Virus record (IMG/VR): IMGVR_UViG_3300022217_000049
Location: 1 to 25,641 of that record
Direction: 5' to 3' (one strand)
From: a virus
Lineage: Duplodnaviria; Caudoviricetes
DNA length: 25,641 bases
Shown here: in pieces, positions 8,965 to 16,989 of the stretch
How positions within the stretch are numbered: position 1 is the first letter of the stretch
How the letters are laid out: every line of letters starts with the position of its first letter
Translations under genes and position numbers: made by a program
Notes under the pieces: generated by a model
Told to the model about the DNA's origin: nothing
The model's database searches: none
What the model saw: the letters and a program-made list of their open reading frames with translations, nothing else

Positions 8965-9017
8965 TGAAGCAGGGGTGAGGGCTGGCGATAGCCCTCAACC
9001 CCTGGAGGTAAACGGTA
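8965..9017 (-). ncRNA. Candidate ~50-nt sRNA with 5' seed ACCGUUUACCUCC followed by a hairpin
   Basis: Lies between a promoter-like element (9024-9052) and the 8970-9004 hairpin. The seed is complementary to the recurrent gene-start motif. Inferred only. Confidence 0.4.
8970..9004. terminator. Strong stem-loop (14 bp with one bulge)
   Basis: CAGGGGTGAGGGCT-ggcgat-AGCCCTCA(A)CCCCTG; only a weak U-containing tail on the minus strand. Confidence 0.6.
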
Positions 9018-9023
9018 TACCCA

Positions 9024-9052
9024 TTGATAGCAGCCATGATGGCTGAATGCAA
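9024..9052 (-). promoter_or_regulatory. Promoter-like element with a palindromic spacer
   Basis: TTGCAT-17 nt-TATCAA with a TGn extension (the -10 lacks its last T). The spacer contains the inverted repeat CAGCCAT-n-ATGGCTG (9031-9045). Confidence 0.4.
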
Positions 9053-9062
9053 GCCCGGAGAA

Positions 9063-9983
9063 TCAAGCCCTGGTCTCGTATAGGATTGTGCATCTGCAGT
9101 TAGGGTGCAGCGGTGGAGTTGCCACATACTCTGTCGAGTCTGGCTTGGTGACATCTGCGGGGAAGTTGTCGTCAAGCCCTACAACAGCCTGGTTGCTTCG
9201 CGTGAAAGCCCCGCCTTCCTCCTGCCGCCATCCCCCAAGAGGCCCACACCTAGGACACACCCGCTCATCCTGAGCGGTCAGGAAGCGCTTTACAAGGGTC
9301 TCGCCCTCGTAGTATCCAAGGTCCCTGGATTCCTTCACCGATTCCAGCTGAGCTGCATTGTGCGCGAACGCAAGCTCGGTCCTTGCAATTCGCTCAGACC
9401 TAACCCTCCTCAGCCTGCCTGCATACAGCTCTGTTCGCTTCAGGAGGGCCTGGCCTTTGTAGCCAGCTTCCTGCAACGCTGCCCTGAAGTTCAGGACAGC
9501 TGCAGCTTCCCGCTCAGTTAGGCCGACGATTGGAGCAATGTACTGAGCTGCAGCCCTGGGGTTGATTGGGTCCACACTGATAAAGTACTGCAGGACATTC
9601 CTCACAGCCTGCATTTGGGTGTTGTTGAGCTGCACTATCAGCGAGCCTGCCCGGGCCGAGGCCCAGGTGGCAAGCCTGCGCTGCACATTGACGAATTCAA
9701 TACCACCCATGCTGGCAACTGCAGGGGCAACCCCGTTGAACCCCACTAAGAAGCTGTCATTCCAAGCGTCTGCAATGACGTCATTCACAAGCACTGTATA
9801 GTCTTCCTGCCACTGTTGGTAAGTAGCAGGAGACAGCTCACCTGTGCTTAGGGCCTCTGCTATCTCGTTGTAGGTGATGGCTTCAGCCTGGCTAGACCAC
9901 ATTGAGCCGATGTACCGCACCAACGAAGGAGACCTCTGCCTGATGAGGCGTTGCAGAACATTTCGCCTGTTAATGGAAGCCAC
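9063..9983 (-). CDS. SPP1 gp7 / Mu gpF-like head morphogenesis protein
   Basis: RSERIARTELAFAHN, KRFLTAQDERVCPRCGPL and PPLHPNCRCTI motifs. Confidence 0.92.
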   Translation of the reverse strand: MASINRRNVLQRLIRQRSPSLVRYIGSMWSSQAEAITYNEIAEALSTGELSPATYQQWQEDYTVLVNDVIADAWNDSFLVGFNGVAPAVASMGGIEFVNVQRRLATWASARAGSLIVQLNNTQMQAVRNVLQYFISVDPINPRAAAQYIAPIVGLTEREAAAVLNFRAALQEAGYKGQALLKRTELYAGRLRRVRSERIARTELAFAHNAAQLESVKESRDLGYYEGETLVKRFLTAQDERVCPRCGPLGGWRQEEGGAFTRSNQAVVGLDDNFPADVTKPDSTEYVATPPLHPNCRCTILYETRA

Positions 9984-9987
9984 TCAG

Positions 9988-10200
9988 CTACTCCATCCAG
10001 CTGACGGTACAGCCCTCACACACAGCGTGAATATGCCCATTGCGGTAGCAGGCATACTGCAGACGAGCCCCACAGTTACACTTGATATGACCGTAACAAG
10101 GAGGCCTGCCCTCACCCATATGCTCGACTATCTTTGCCCTGAGGTCTGCAATCACCTTCATCCGCTCTGCAGTAAAAGCCCTCAAATCTCCCCAATCCAC
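9988..10200 (-). CDS. Small Cys/His-rich, putative Zn-binding protein (70 aa)
   Basis: GTG 10200 with a GAGGAG RBS just after the portal stop; CNC...NGHIHAVCEGCTVSWME. Confidence 0.65.
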   Translation of the reverse strand: MDWGDLRAFTAERMKVIADLRAKIVEHMGEGRPPCYGHIKCNCGARLQYACYRNGHIHAVCEGCTVSWME

Positions 10201-10204
10201 AGCC

Positions 10205-11533
10205 CTACTCCTCCTCTTGGATGCCTCCTGCAGGCAGCAGGTTTCCTGCAACATACCCGATGTCTCCACCGTCCACCCTCGGCAACCCAAGGCCCACAAA
10301 AGCAGTGGCAGTATTCAGAGGCACACCCATTGACCACAACTCTTTGGTTGCCTTGATGCGTTCCACCAGAATGGGGAACATAGCCTGGACCTTGCTAATA
10401 TCGTAGTTGTAGCGGATGTCATCGCCAAATTCTGGAGCCAGAGACCTGTTCAGCGTATCCATCAGGTCATCAAGCAGGGGTATGACTGTGTCTACCCAGT
10501 AGATAGTGCGGGATTCTGCTATGTTGGCAAGGGTGGCTTTCTCATAGTCGCCAATAAGCGGAGGAGGCACGCCGTAGACCGAGCACACCTCAACCCGCGT
10601 GAACTTCCTGCCCTCCATGAAATCCATATCAACAGGGCTCAGAGACATCTGAGTCCACTTGGCATCATTGCCAAGGACCCAGGGATACCTAGCTGAGGCT
10701 GAACCCATATGTTGGTCAGCCACCATTGTGCGCATTTCCTCCCATTGCGCTCGGGTCATCCTCCCATCGAAGGTGAAGACCCCGTCAGTGACTGCCCTGT
10801 TCTGAATGGCTGTCTTGTTCCATTTCACCGACTCTACATCAGTGTCAATGGACCGTCCTGCAGACTTGATTGGAGCTGAGCCCCAGTATGGATTCAGCGG
10901 GTCCTTGAATTGGAAGTGAACTACATCATCAGTGTCAACCGCAAACTTCTCATTGCTGCCCTCGCGCTTGGCTTCATATCGTACGATGTAGTCTTGACCC
11001 TTCGCAAAGTCACCAGGAACAGGCTTGATGTTGTCTGGCGATATGACCCACAGCTCCTGCACTGTACCATTGTTCAGCCTGGTCTTGGTCCAGATGGCGT
11101 TGCCATCCAAATCCAAGTGCATCATGAGGGTTTCAAACAGGTCAAGCCTTGACCAGTAGGGGTTCGGGTTGTTCAGCAGGTCCAAGGCAGGATGCTCCTG
11201 TACCCGCTGCCATCCCTCAGCTCCCCACTTCTCCACATACCATGGCACCGAGGCAATGGACTTCATCCGCCTGAAGACACAGGCAAACACCCAACTACAG
11301 ACCCTCAGACCATGTTCCACCGAGGTCTTCAGGGTCCAGTCATCGGTCCAGACTGGCTTGCCTGCCTTCCAAGTAGCTATGAGCTGGTGTGGTACAACAG
11401 ACTTCAGCTCACCCTCGAAAGCAGGAGGCAGAAAAAGGGGCAGGTCCCTTGGAGACCTCAGCACTATTTCCTTGCTTTGCCTGCGCTTCCTCGATACCAA
11501 TCTGGACAACCAACCCAACATGTGACACTCCAA
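10205..11533 (-). CDS. Portal protein, HK97 family
   Basis: HPALDLLNNPNPY, LDLDGNAIW, VVHFQFKDPLNPYWGSAPI, LSPVDMDFMEGRK, VYGVPPPLIG. True start may be ATG 11521. Confidence 0.95.
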   Translation of the reverse strand: MECHMLGWLSRLVSRKRRQSKEIVLRSPRDLPLFLPPAFEGELKSVVPHQLIATWKAGKPVWTDDWTLKTSVEHGLRVCSWVFACVFRRMKSIASVPWYVEKWGAEGWQRVQEHPALDLLNNPNPYWSRLDLFETLMMHLDLDGNAIWTKTRLNNGTVQELWVISPDNIKPVPGDFAKGQDYIVRYEAKREGSNEKFAVDTDDVVHFQFKDPLNPYWGSAPIKSAGRSIDTDVESVKWNKTAIQNRAVTDGVFTFDGRMTRAQWEEMRTMVADQHMGSASARYPWVLGNDAKWTQMSLSPVDMDFMEGRKFTRVEVCSVYGVPPPLIGDYEKATLANIAESRTIYWVDTVIPLLDDLMDTLNRSLAPEFGDDIRYNYDISKVQAMFPILVERIKATKELWSMGVPLNTATAFVGLGLPRVDGGDIGYVAGNLLPAGGIQEEE

Positions 11534-11551
11534 ACAAAGGGTCCTTCTCGC

Positions 11552-11579
11552 ATACTACAGGCGAGGGCAGCGCAGTCAA
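11552..11579 (-). promoter_or_regulatory. Sigma70-like promoter upstream of portal
   Basis: TTGACT-16 nt-TAGTAT. Confidence 0.55.
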
Positions 11580-11583
11580 CCCA

Positions 11584-12396
11584 TTACTTCCAAGGCCCAT
11601 CTGGGATGATGCGTTCGATGTCTCTGATGCGCTTGCGCCGATTCTTCCGCTTGCGCTCACTGACGTCAGTATAATCCGCCTTCAAAACTTCATAGGCACT
11701 GTCATCATCGGGCAACCCATCCAGATAACTTGTGCCAGAGTTGAAGGCCCTGACCGCAAGGCCAAACAGCCTGCCAAGCCTCCAGCCAGGATACCTATCG
11801 AAGATGTCTTCTGCCCAATCCTCGAGGGTGAACTGTATCTGACACAACCACCAGCTATGCCTCTTCTGCAGCTCCATCAGACCGGCCCTCACATAGGCCT
11901 CACCAACCAGCCCTCCATTGTTGGGTGCGTCTTCGTTGTTCAACGCCATGATGCGCCCCAATGGACCAAAGCAATCTCTGAAGCCCCCCCCGCAGTCTCC
12001 TTGATACCGCTTCATCAGGCTTGCTGCCTTAGTCGACGCGAAGCGCCGAAAGCCGATGGTCAGCCCATCCTCACCTGTCAGCCAGTCAAAGCCACAGCTC
12101 CACCTGCTGCTGACAATCCGGAACAGGGTCATCATCCTTTCTGCAGACAGGGGTAGCTTGCCCCGTGACTCAAAGGACTGCAGCATCATCCTTGCGTAGT
12201 CGATGGATTGCGTTGCCCCGTCGTGCCTGTAGACGTACGGGGCAAGCCTCACAGCAAAGTACTCATCACCCTCCTCTGGCCAGATTGCCCCCCTTGTCTG
12301 AGGGCCTACGATGCCATCCACCTTGCACCTGTTGTTGGCTTGGAATGTCTCGATGTCTTCCTTGGAGGGGTCAGGGAACCCAGGAATCAAAAGCAT
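11584..12396 (-). CDS. Peptidoglycan-binding protein, putative endolysin
   Basis: N-terminal IETFQANNRCKVDGIVGPQT is the PG_binding_1 signature; AAGGAGG RBS; C-terminal domain not recognised. Confidence 0.7.
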   Translation of the reverse strand: MLLIPGFPDPSKEDIETFQANNRCKVDGIVGPQTRGAIWPEEGDEYFAVRLAPYVYRHDGATQSIDYARMMLQSFESRGKLPLSAERMMTLFRIVSSRWSCGFDWLTGEDGLTIGFRRFASTKAASLMKRYQGDCGGGFRDCFGPLGRIMALNNEDAPNNGGLVGEAYVRAGLMELQKRHSWWLCQIQFTLEDWAEDIFDRYPGWRLGRLFGLAVRAFNSGTSYLDGLPDDDSAYEVLKADYTDVSERKRKNRRKRIRDIERIIPDGPWK

Positions 12397-12420
12397 TGGA
12401 ACCTCCTTGTGCAGCAGGGA

Positions 12421-13773
12421 CTACCTTGCCCTGCCAATGAAAAAGCGTGAATTGTTAACCAGCTTCAAGCTATGTGTATAGCATCCACTGACAGCGTCTA
12501 TCTGGTCTTTGTGCCTGCCAACAGGGAAGTTTGCAGCCTCCTTCAGGAAGGGCTCTACCCATGGGCCACTCACTAACCGCACATTACCTACCTCAGCCTG
12601 TGCAGCCAAAGGCTTTGCCCTGCTAACCTTGTCGCCTGTGACCCTGTCACCATGGACGTCATACTCGGGCAGCACATGGGCAACATAGTGGTATATTGAG
12701 TCCTTGCCAGAACTGCCAGGCTCCTGCTCAATGTAGATTGGCACCGATTCTCCATCCTGGCTGGCTGTGTTCTGCAGCAACATCTGGTTGTCTGCAGGGT
12801 CTAGCCGAGCCCTCCGAATGTCTGCAATGTAGAACACTCCAGAGGTTGAGTGCCCACCAAGGCAACCTGCTGTGTAGCAGGGGTCATTGGCTGAGGTCTT
12901 CGCCGTTGCAGCTCGGTCCCAATACCTCACCAGCTCCACATCAGCAGGCAGGGCATCAACCACCCTGAACCATTCCCGCTGAAGCATGCCCTTCTCATCG
13001 CGTATGTTCCAGTTTCCATAGAGCTTCCGTTCACGCTCTGTACGGTCCAGCTTCTTCAGCTGGTCCACATACTGCGGATTACTGCGCATCAGAGTGTAAT
13101 TGTCGGTCACCTTGGCAGCAACAAAGGTGAAGCTCATCGGTCGTTCATCACCCTCGTAGTCTTCACCAACCCACTGTATTGCCCCGCTGTCTTCGTCCCT
13201 GATGAGGTACCGTAAGACCCCACTTCGCTCTTCTATGGGGTAGCCTTCATCATCTAACCACCAAGAGATGAGGCCTTTGACAAAGCTGTCTGGGTCAGGG
13301 TTGCAAGCTCCGCGAACGTATGGCTTGACCCCGCACCTTGACCTCAGCCTAGACGTCAGATACCAGAACTGGGTCTCAGTGAACTCGGTGATTTCATCGA
13401 AGAAGATGTGGTCATACTCTGCACCGTCATGAGCCTTCTTATCTGCTTCATGCTGCAGCTGGTCAAAGCGGATAGTAGCTCCAGATGGAAACACCCATTC
13501 CAGCCTCGACACATAAGGCGTTGCACCAAGGAAGGGATACAGCTCAGTAGAGGCGTCCCAGAGACCCCCTTGCTTGGTGATGCGAGGCCTGGTACGCCTG
13601 AACCCGATGGCCCTGTACAACCTCCTGGCTGTGTACCGAGTTGCCTCCAACAGCTCAGCAAAGGTCTTGCCTGACCCCGCTGAGCCCCCATAGATTGCCA
13701 CATCTGCAGGGCTCGACAGGAACAATTCCTGAGGGCCTCTATGTGGCTTTACGCTAGTTGCCAATCGTCCCAT
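12421..13773 (-). CDS. terL: Terminase large subunit
   Basis: Walker A YGGSAGSGKT, FRRT, Walker B IFFDE, CNP; nuclease motifs YWDRAAT, IEQEPGSSGK and HKDQIDA. Confidence 0.97.
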   Translation of the reverse strand: MGRLATSVKPHRGPQELFLSSPADVAIYGGSAGSGKTFAELLEATRYTARRLYRAIGFRRTRPRITKQGGLWDASTELYPFLGATPYVSRLEWVFPSGATIRFDQLQHEADKKAHDGAEYDHIFFDEITEFTETQFWYLTSRLRSRCGVKPYVRGACNPDPDSFVKGLISWWLDDEGYPIEERSGVLRYLIRDEDSGAIQWVGEDYEGDERPMSFTFVAAKVTDNYTLMRSNPQYVDQLKKLDRTERERKLYGNWNIRDEKGMLQREWFRVVDALPADVELVRYWDRAATAKTSANDPCYTAGCLGGHSTSGVFYIADIRRARLDPADNQMLLQNTASQDGESVPIYIEQEPGSSGKDSIYHYVAHVLPEYDVHGDRVTGDKVSRAKPLAAQAEVGNVRLVSGPWVEPFLKEAANFPVGRHKDQIDAVSGCYTHSLKLVNNSRFFIGRAR

Positions 13774-13862
13774 ACCGCTTTACCGTCCTTCGTTATTGGG
13801 GCCTACGTAGGCTGGCGCAAGGCCTAGGTCGCGGCAACCCACTAAGCCCGTCTAGGGGCCTC

Positions 13863-14066
13863 TCAGGACCTCTCAGGGGCAATCGTCAGGAAGACCTTGA
13901 CTGGGGCCGCTTTCCTGAACCAAGCCCCCAGACTCTTTGCTCTGTCCTGCGCTGCCTCCTTGGTCGGAAATAGATGCACTCCATTCGTCAGATAACCATA
14001 GCCAGCAGGAGACCAAAAGTACTTCTCCCCTGACCGCTGATACATCACTGCCCAGTATGTCTCCAT
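13863..14066 (-). CDS. Hypothetical protein (67 aa)
   Basis: ATG 14066 with a GGGGGAAG RBS (METYWAVMYQ...HLFPTKEAA...). Confidence 0.6.
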   Translation of the reverse strand: METYWAVMYQRSGEKYFWSPAGYGYLTNGVHLFPTKEAAQDRAKSLGAWFRKAAPVKVFLTIAPERS

Positions 14067-14148
14067 ATTCTTCCCCCAGCTGTCAGTGTGTCCACCACAC
14101 CTCACCAATGTACCGCAAAACCGCACCACAACACAACCTCAAACAAGC

Positions 14149-14178
14149 TTGTAATCTCGGCACCAGGACTGCTAACAT
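14149..14178 (+). promoter_or_regulatory. Promoter for the + strand cassette
   Basis: TTGTAA-18 nt-TAACAT with TGn extended -10, in the divergent intergenic region. Confidence 0.5.
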
Positions 14179-14226
14179 TTTCCACCTACAACCCTCATTG
14201 AACTGCTGAACAGGAGGAAGTAAACG

Positions 14227-15036
14227 GTGAACAGAACGAAAATCGAATGGACTGACTACACTTGGAATATGTGGTCAGGCTGCCAACCAGTCTCGGAGGG
14301 CTGCAAGTACTGCTATGCAAAGCGTATCGCGTCAAGAGGTGGACGCGCCTTTCCCAATGGCTTTGGCCTCACTATGAGGCCTCACAAGCTGCGCAACATC
14401 GTTGGCTTTGCCCCTGGTGACAAAGCCTTTGTCAACTCCATGTCAGACTTCTTCTTGGAGGAGGTGGAAGACGAACACAGGGACGACATCATTGAAGCCA
14501 TCCTCAAAAGGCCAGATGTGACCTTCCAAATCCTGACCAAGCGGCCTAAGGCAATGCTGGATTACATCCACGCACGGACCCCGCTGCCCGCCAACATCTG
14601 GCTCGGGGTGACAGTGGAGTCACAAGCTCAGGTGCACAGGATTGATGACCTCTTGCTGGCAGGTCATCAGGGGCTGTTGTTCATCAGCTGTGAACCACTC
14701 CTGGGGCCTGTTGACCTAGGACCGCTTGACGGCATCAGCTGGCTCATCGTTGGAGGTGAGTCAGGCAACCACCTGATGGACCCTGACATCAGAGCTAAGC
14801 GGGGGCTGGTGACCAGGGTGGACCACACCAAAGATGCAGATGGTAAGCTTGTCAAAGCACACTGGAAGCCAACCGAAAGAGGTACCCAGATTGTGCAGGA
14901 CCTGCGCAGGCAAGCCATGGACCATGGGGTTGCATTCTTCTTCAAACAGTGGGGAGGATATCTTCCCAACGCTGCAGGGTGCATCCTTGACCATTCAGTC
15001 TACAAAGAATTCCCAGACCAGGAGGTAAACCGATGA
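14227..15036 (+). CDS. Phage Gp37/Gp68 (DUF5131) radical-SAM-like protein
   Basis: TKIEWTDYTWN, GCQPVSEGCKYCYA (CX6CX2C), FVNSMSDFF, FQILTKRP, NIWLGVTVE, FISCEPLLG, WLIVGGESG, FFFKQWGG. Confidence 0.95.
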   Translation: MNRTKIEWTDYTWNMWSGCQPVSEGCKYCYAKRIASRGGRAFPNGFGLTMRPHKLRNIVGFAPGDKAFVNSMSDFFLEEVEDEHRDDIIEAILKRPDVTFQILTKRPKAMLDYIHARTPLPANIWLGVTVESQAQVHRIDDLLLAGHQGLLFISCEPLLGPVDLGPLDGISWLIVGGESGNHLMDPDIRAKRGLVTRVDHTKDADGKLVKAHWKPTERGTQIVQDLRRQAMDHGVAFFFKQWGGYLPNAAGCILDHSVYKEFPDQEVNR

Positions 15037-16187
15037 AAGTCAAAGTAACAACCAAAGTAGGTGAGATTGAAACCGAGGCTACTGCCATCGAAGTTCAAGT
15101 GCAAGAATCCCTAGTACAAGAATCCATGGTGTTCAACTTGCAGGACGTAAAGCAGCAGTGTGAAGATGGGCAGCAGAACTGCCACGTATGCAACCTGCTA
15201 AACTGTGGCGACAACACAGCCCTGCACCACCTTCTGAAGCACTCAGCGAAGTATACTGACCTCCTGGAGTCAAGGCGCAAGCTAGACCACCTCACCCAAC
15301 AGGTCAGAGAGAACATCGAGCACTGGCGCACCACTACCCACACCTTTGCGCCGATTGAGACCCCACCTGAGCCAGACAGTTGGTGTAGGCTATGCGGTGA
15401 GCTAGAGTCCTATTTCGTCCATCATTCCGTAGCAACTGACCTCAATTGCGCTGAAACCCGCGCGCTTGACGGGAAGCTGCGCAACCTGCAGCAGGCAATG
15501 GAAGGGCTTTACCACAAGGAGGGTGGTCACCTGAAGTGCCTGAAAGAAATGCACAAGCGTCTGGCTGAACTTGACTTCGCTGTCTCAGGACTTCGCCAGG
15601 AAGTGCAGACCGCCAAGCTGGTAGATGAGCGAAAAGCCATCCATCAAAATGTCATCCAATTGCGTGACCAACTGGCTGAGCTGCAGACCCTCAAAAAAAC
15701 AGCTGCTGGGCTACGCAAAGACATCACTAGCATAGACAAAGACCTCACCAAGCTTGACGACAGGGTGGATGATGTAGCTGGCTACAGCCACGACCTAGAA
15801 GACACTGTCACCCGTCACGATAAAGAGCTTGCAGAACTAAGGGTTGCGAACCAAAATCGCGTTGCCAATGTCATCCAACTACGTGACCAGCTAGCTGAGC
15901 TGCAGAAGTTAGACGAAGACCTCGCCAAGCTGGTAGAGGTGGAGAAGGAAACCAAGCTCCTACGCAAGGCTGTTACTGACTTAGCAGACTGGAGCCATAC
16001 GGTAGACAACAAAATTGCTGCGCTGCAGGGCCTCGCCAAGGAGAGGCTCCCAGAGGAATACACCAACATGATGAGCCCTGAGGTGTGCCACACCACCTAT
16101 GCAGACGTAGTAGGAGACTGCATAGGCCAAGGGCACCACCTCTGCAGCGACTGCACTAGGCGTATTCTGGACACACCCGAGGGCTGA
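15033..16187 (+). CDS. Coiled-coil protein with three Cys/His clusters and internal repeats
   Basis: 384 aa; GGAGG RBS and ATGA coupling; heptad-rich core. Confidence 0.8.
   Translation: MKVKVTTKVGEIETEATAIEVQVQESLVQESMVFNLQDVKQQCEDGQQNCHVCNLLNCGDNTALHHLLKHSAKYTDLLESRRKLDHLTQQVRENIEHWRTTTHTFAPIETPPEPDSWCRLCGELESYFVHHSVATDLNCAETRALDGKLRNLQQAMEGLYHKEGGHLKCLKEMHKRLAELDFAVSGLRQEVQTAKLVDERKAIHQNVIQLRDQLAELQTLKKTAAGLRKDITSIDKDLTKLDDRVDDVAGYSHDLEDTVTRHDKELAELRVANQNRVANVIQLRDQLAELQKLDEDLAKLVEVEKETKLLRKAVTDLADWSHTVDNKIAALQGLAKERLPEEYTNMMSPEVCHTTYADVVGDCIGQGHHLCSDCTRRILDTPEG
15648..15906 (+). repeat. Imperfect 40-bp intragenic direct repeat (15648-15687 and 15867-15906) encoding NVIQLRDQLAELQ twice
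   Basis: aatgtcatccaa(t/c)t(g/a)cgtgacca(a/g)ct(g/a)gctgagctgcaga; all differences are synonymous. Confidence 0.9.
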
Positions 16188-16282
16188 ACTCAACCCCGAT
16201 ACTCGCCGGACGGGGCAGGGCCATTTCGGCCAACAACCTCGCCATGTAGGACAACAACCCACTGTATTCAGGAATTCACACC

Positions 16283-16678
16283 ATGGCTATCATCCGCATC
16301 TTCAACCAAGACGGTAGGCCAGTAGGCTCAGCCACCTCAACAAAGGACTCCTTTCCAGGCATCATCAGGGAATGGGAGATTGGCAAGCTCAGGTATACCG
16401 AGACCAACAGCCCCATGGCTATGCGCTACCACAGCAGACACACCCTACATATCACCATCAACGGTAACTCTAGGCTGTGCTTTGGAGGTCTAGACCCCAG
16501 GGTCAAGCAAGTAGCTGAGGTCAGCAGACCAACCAACGAAGACCACCTGGCTCAGCTAGAAGCCGCTGAGCAAGCCGTCATAAGGCACCACAACCAACAG
16601 GTGCAGGAGCTTCTCAACATGATTGCTGAGCCCTTGGAGCTACTCACCGAGATAATCAACGACCGGAGGGACCAATGA
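16283..16678 (+). CDS. Hypothetical protein (131 aa)
   Basis: AGGA RBS; ATGA coupling to the next gene. Confidence 0.75.
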   Translation: MAIIRIFNQDGRPVGSATSTKDSFPGIIREWEIGKLRYTETNSPMAMRYHSRHTLHITINGNSRLCFGGLDPRVKQVAEVSRPTNEDHLAQLEAAEQAVIRHHNQQVQELLNMIAEPLELLTEIINDRRDQ

Positions 16679-16989
16679 AAATCTACGGCATGACCGTCAA
16701 ATCCGTCTATGACATCGATGCAGGAACCGCAGAGTTGGAGCCTGGATGGAATGTCGTCAGCAGGTTCAACCGGTGGAGTAGCTCAGCCAACCCCACTCAG
16801 TATGCCCCCGTGTTCTGGGATGCAGATAGCGGGTGGGTTAGCTGCAAGGAACGGCATGCCCCAGGGGCCTCAGCCCATTCCATCGAAGCTGCAGTCCCTA
16901 GGAAGTGGTGGGCTCAGGTGCCTAGCACTAGGCGAAGACTGAAGCGGATGGGCATTGGGAAGAGCAGGAAGGGAGAAGCTCAGCCCTGA
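16675..16989 (+). CDS. Hypothetical protein (104 aa)
   Basis: GGAGG RBS and ATGA overlap; converges on the MTase gene with a 10-nt overlap. Confidence 0.7.
   Translation: MKIYGMTVKSVYDIDAGTAELEPGWNVVSRFNRWSSSANPTQYAPVFWDADSGWVSCKERHAPGASAHSIEAAVPRKWWAQVPSTRRRLKRMGIGKSRKGEAQP

Noticed and set aside
8834-9175. 113-aa minus-strand ORF spanning the gp7-protease gap
   Set aside because: It overlaps both neighbours and has no RBS; the interval is better explained by promoters and a hairpin.
106-13703. Many + strand ORFs over the structural module (for example 791..1291, 7890..8495, 11389..12156)
   Set aside because: They are antisense shadows of well-supported minus-strand genes and show no recognisable motifs.
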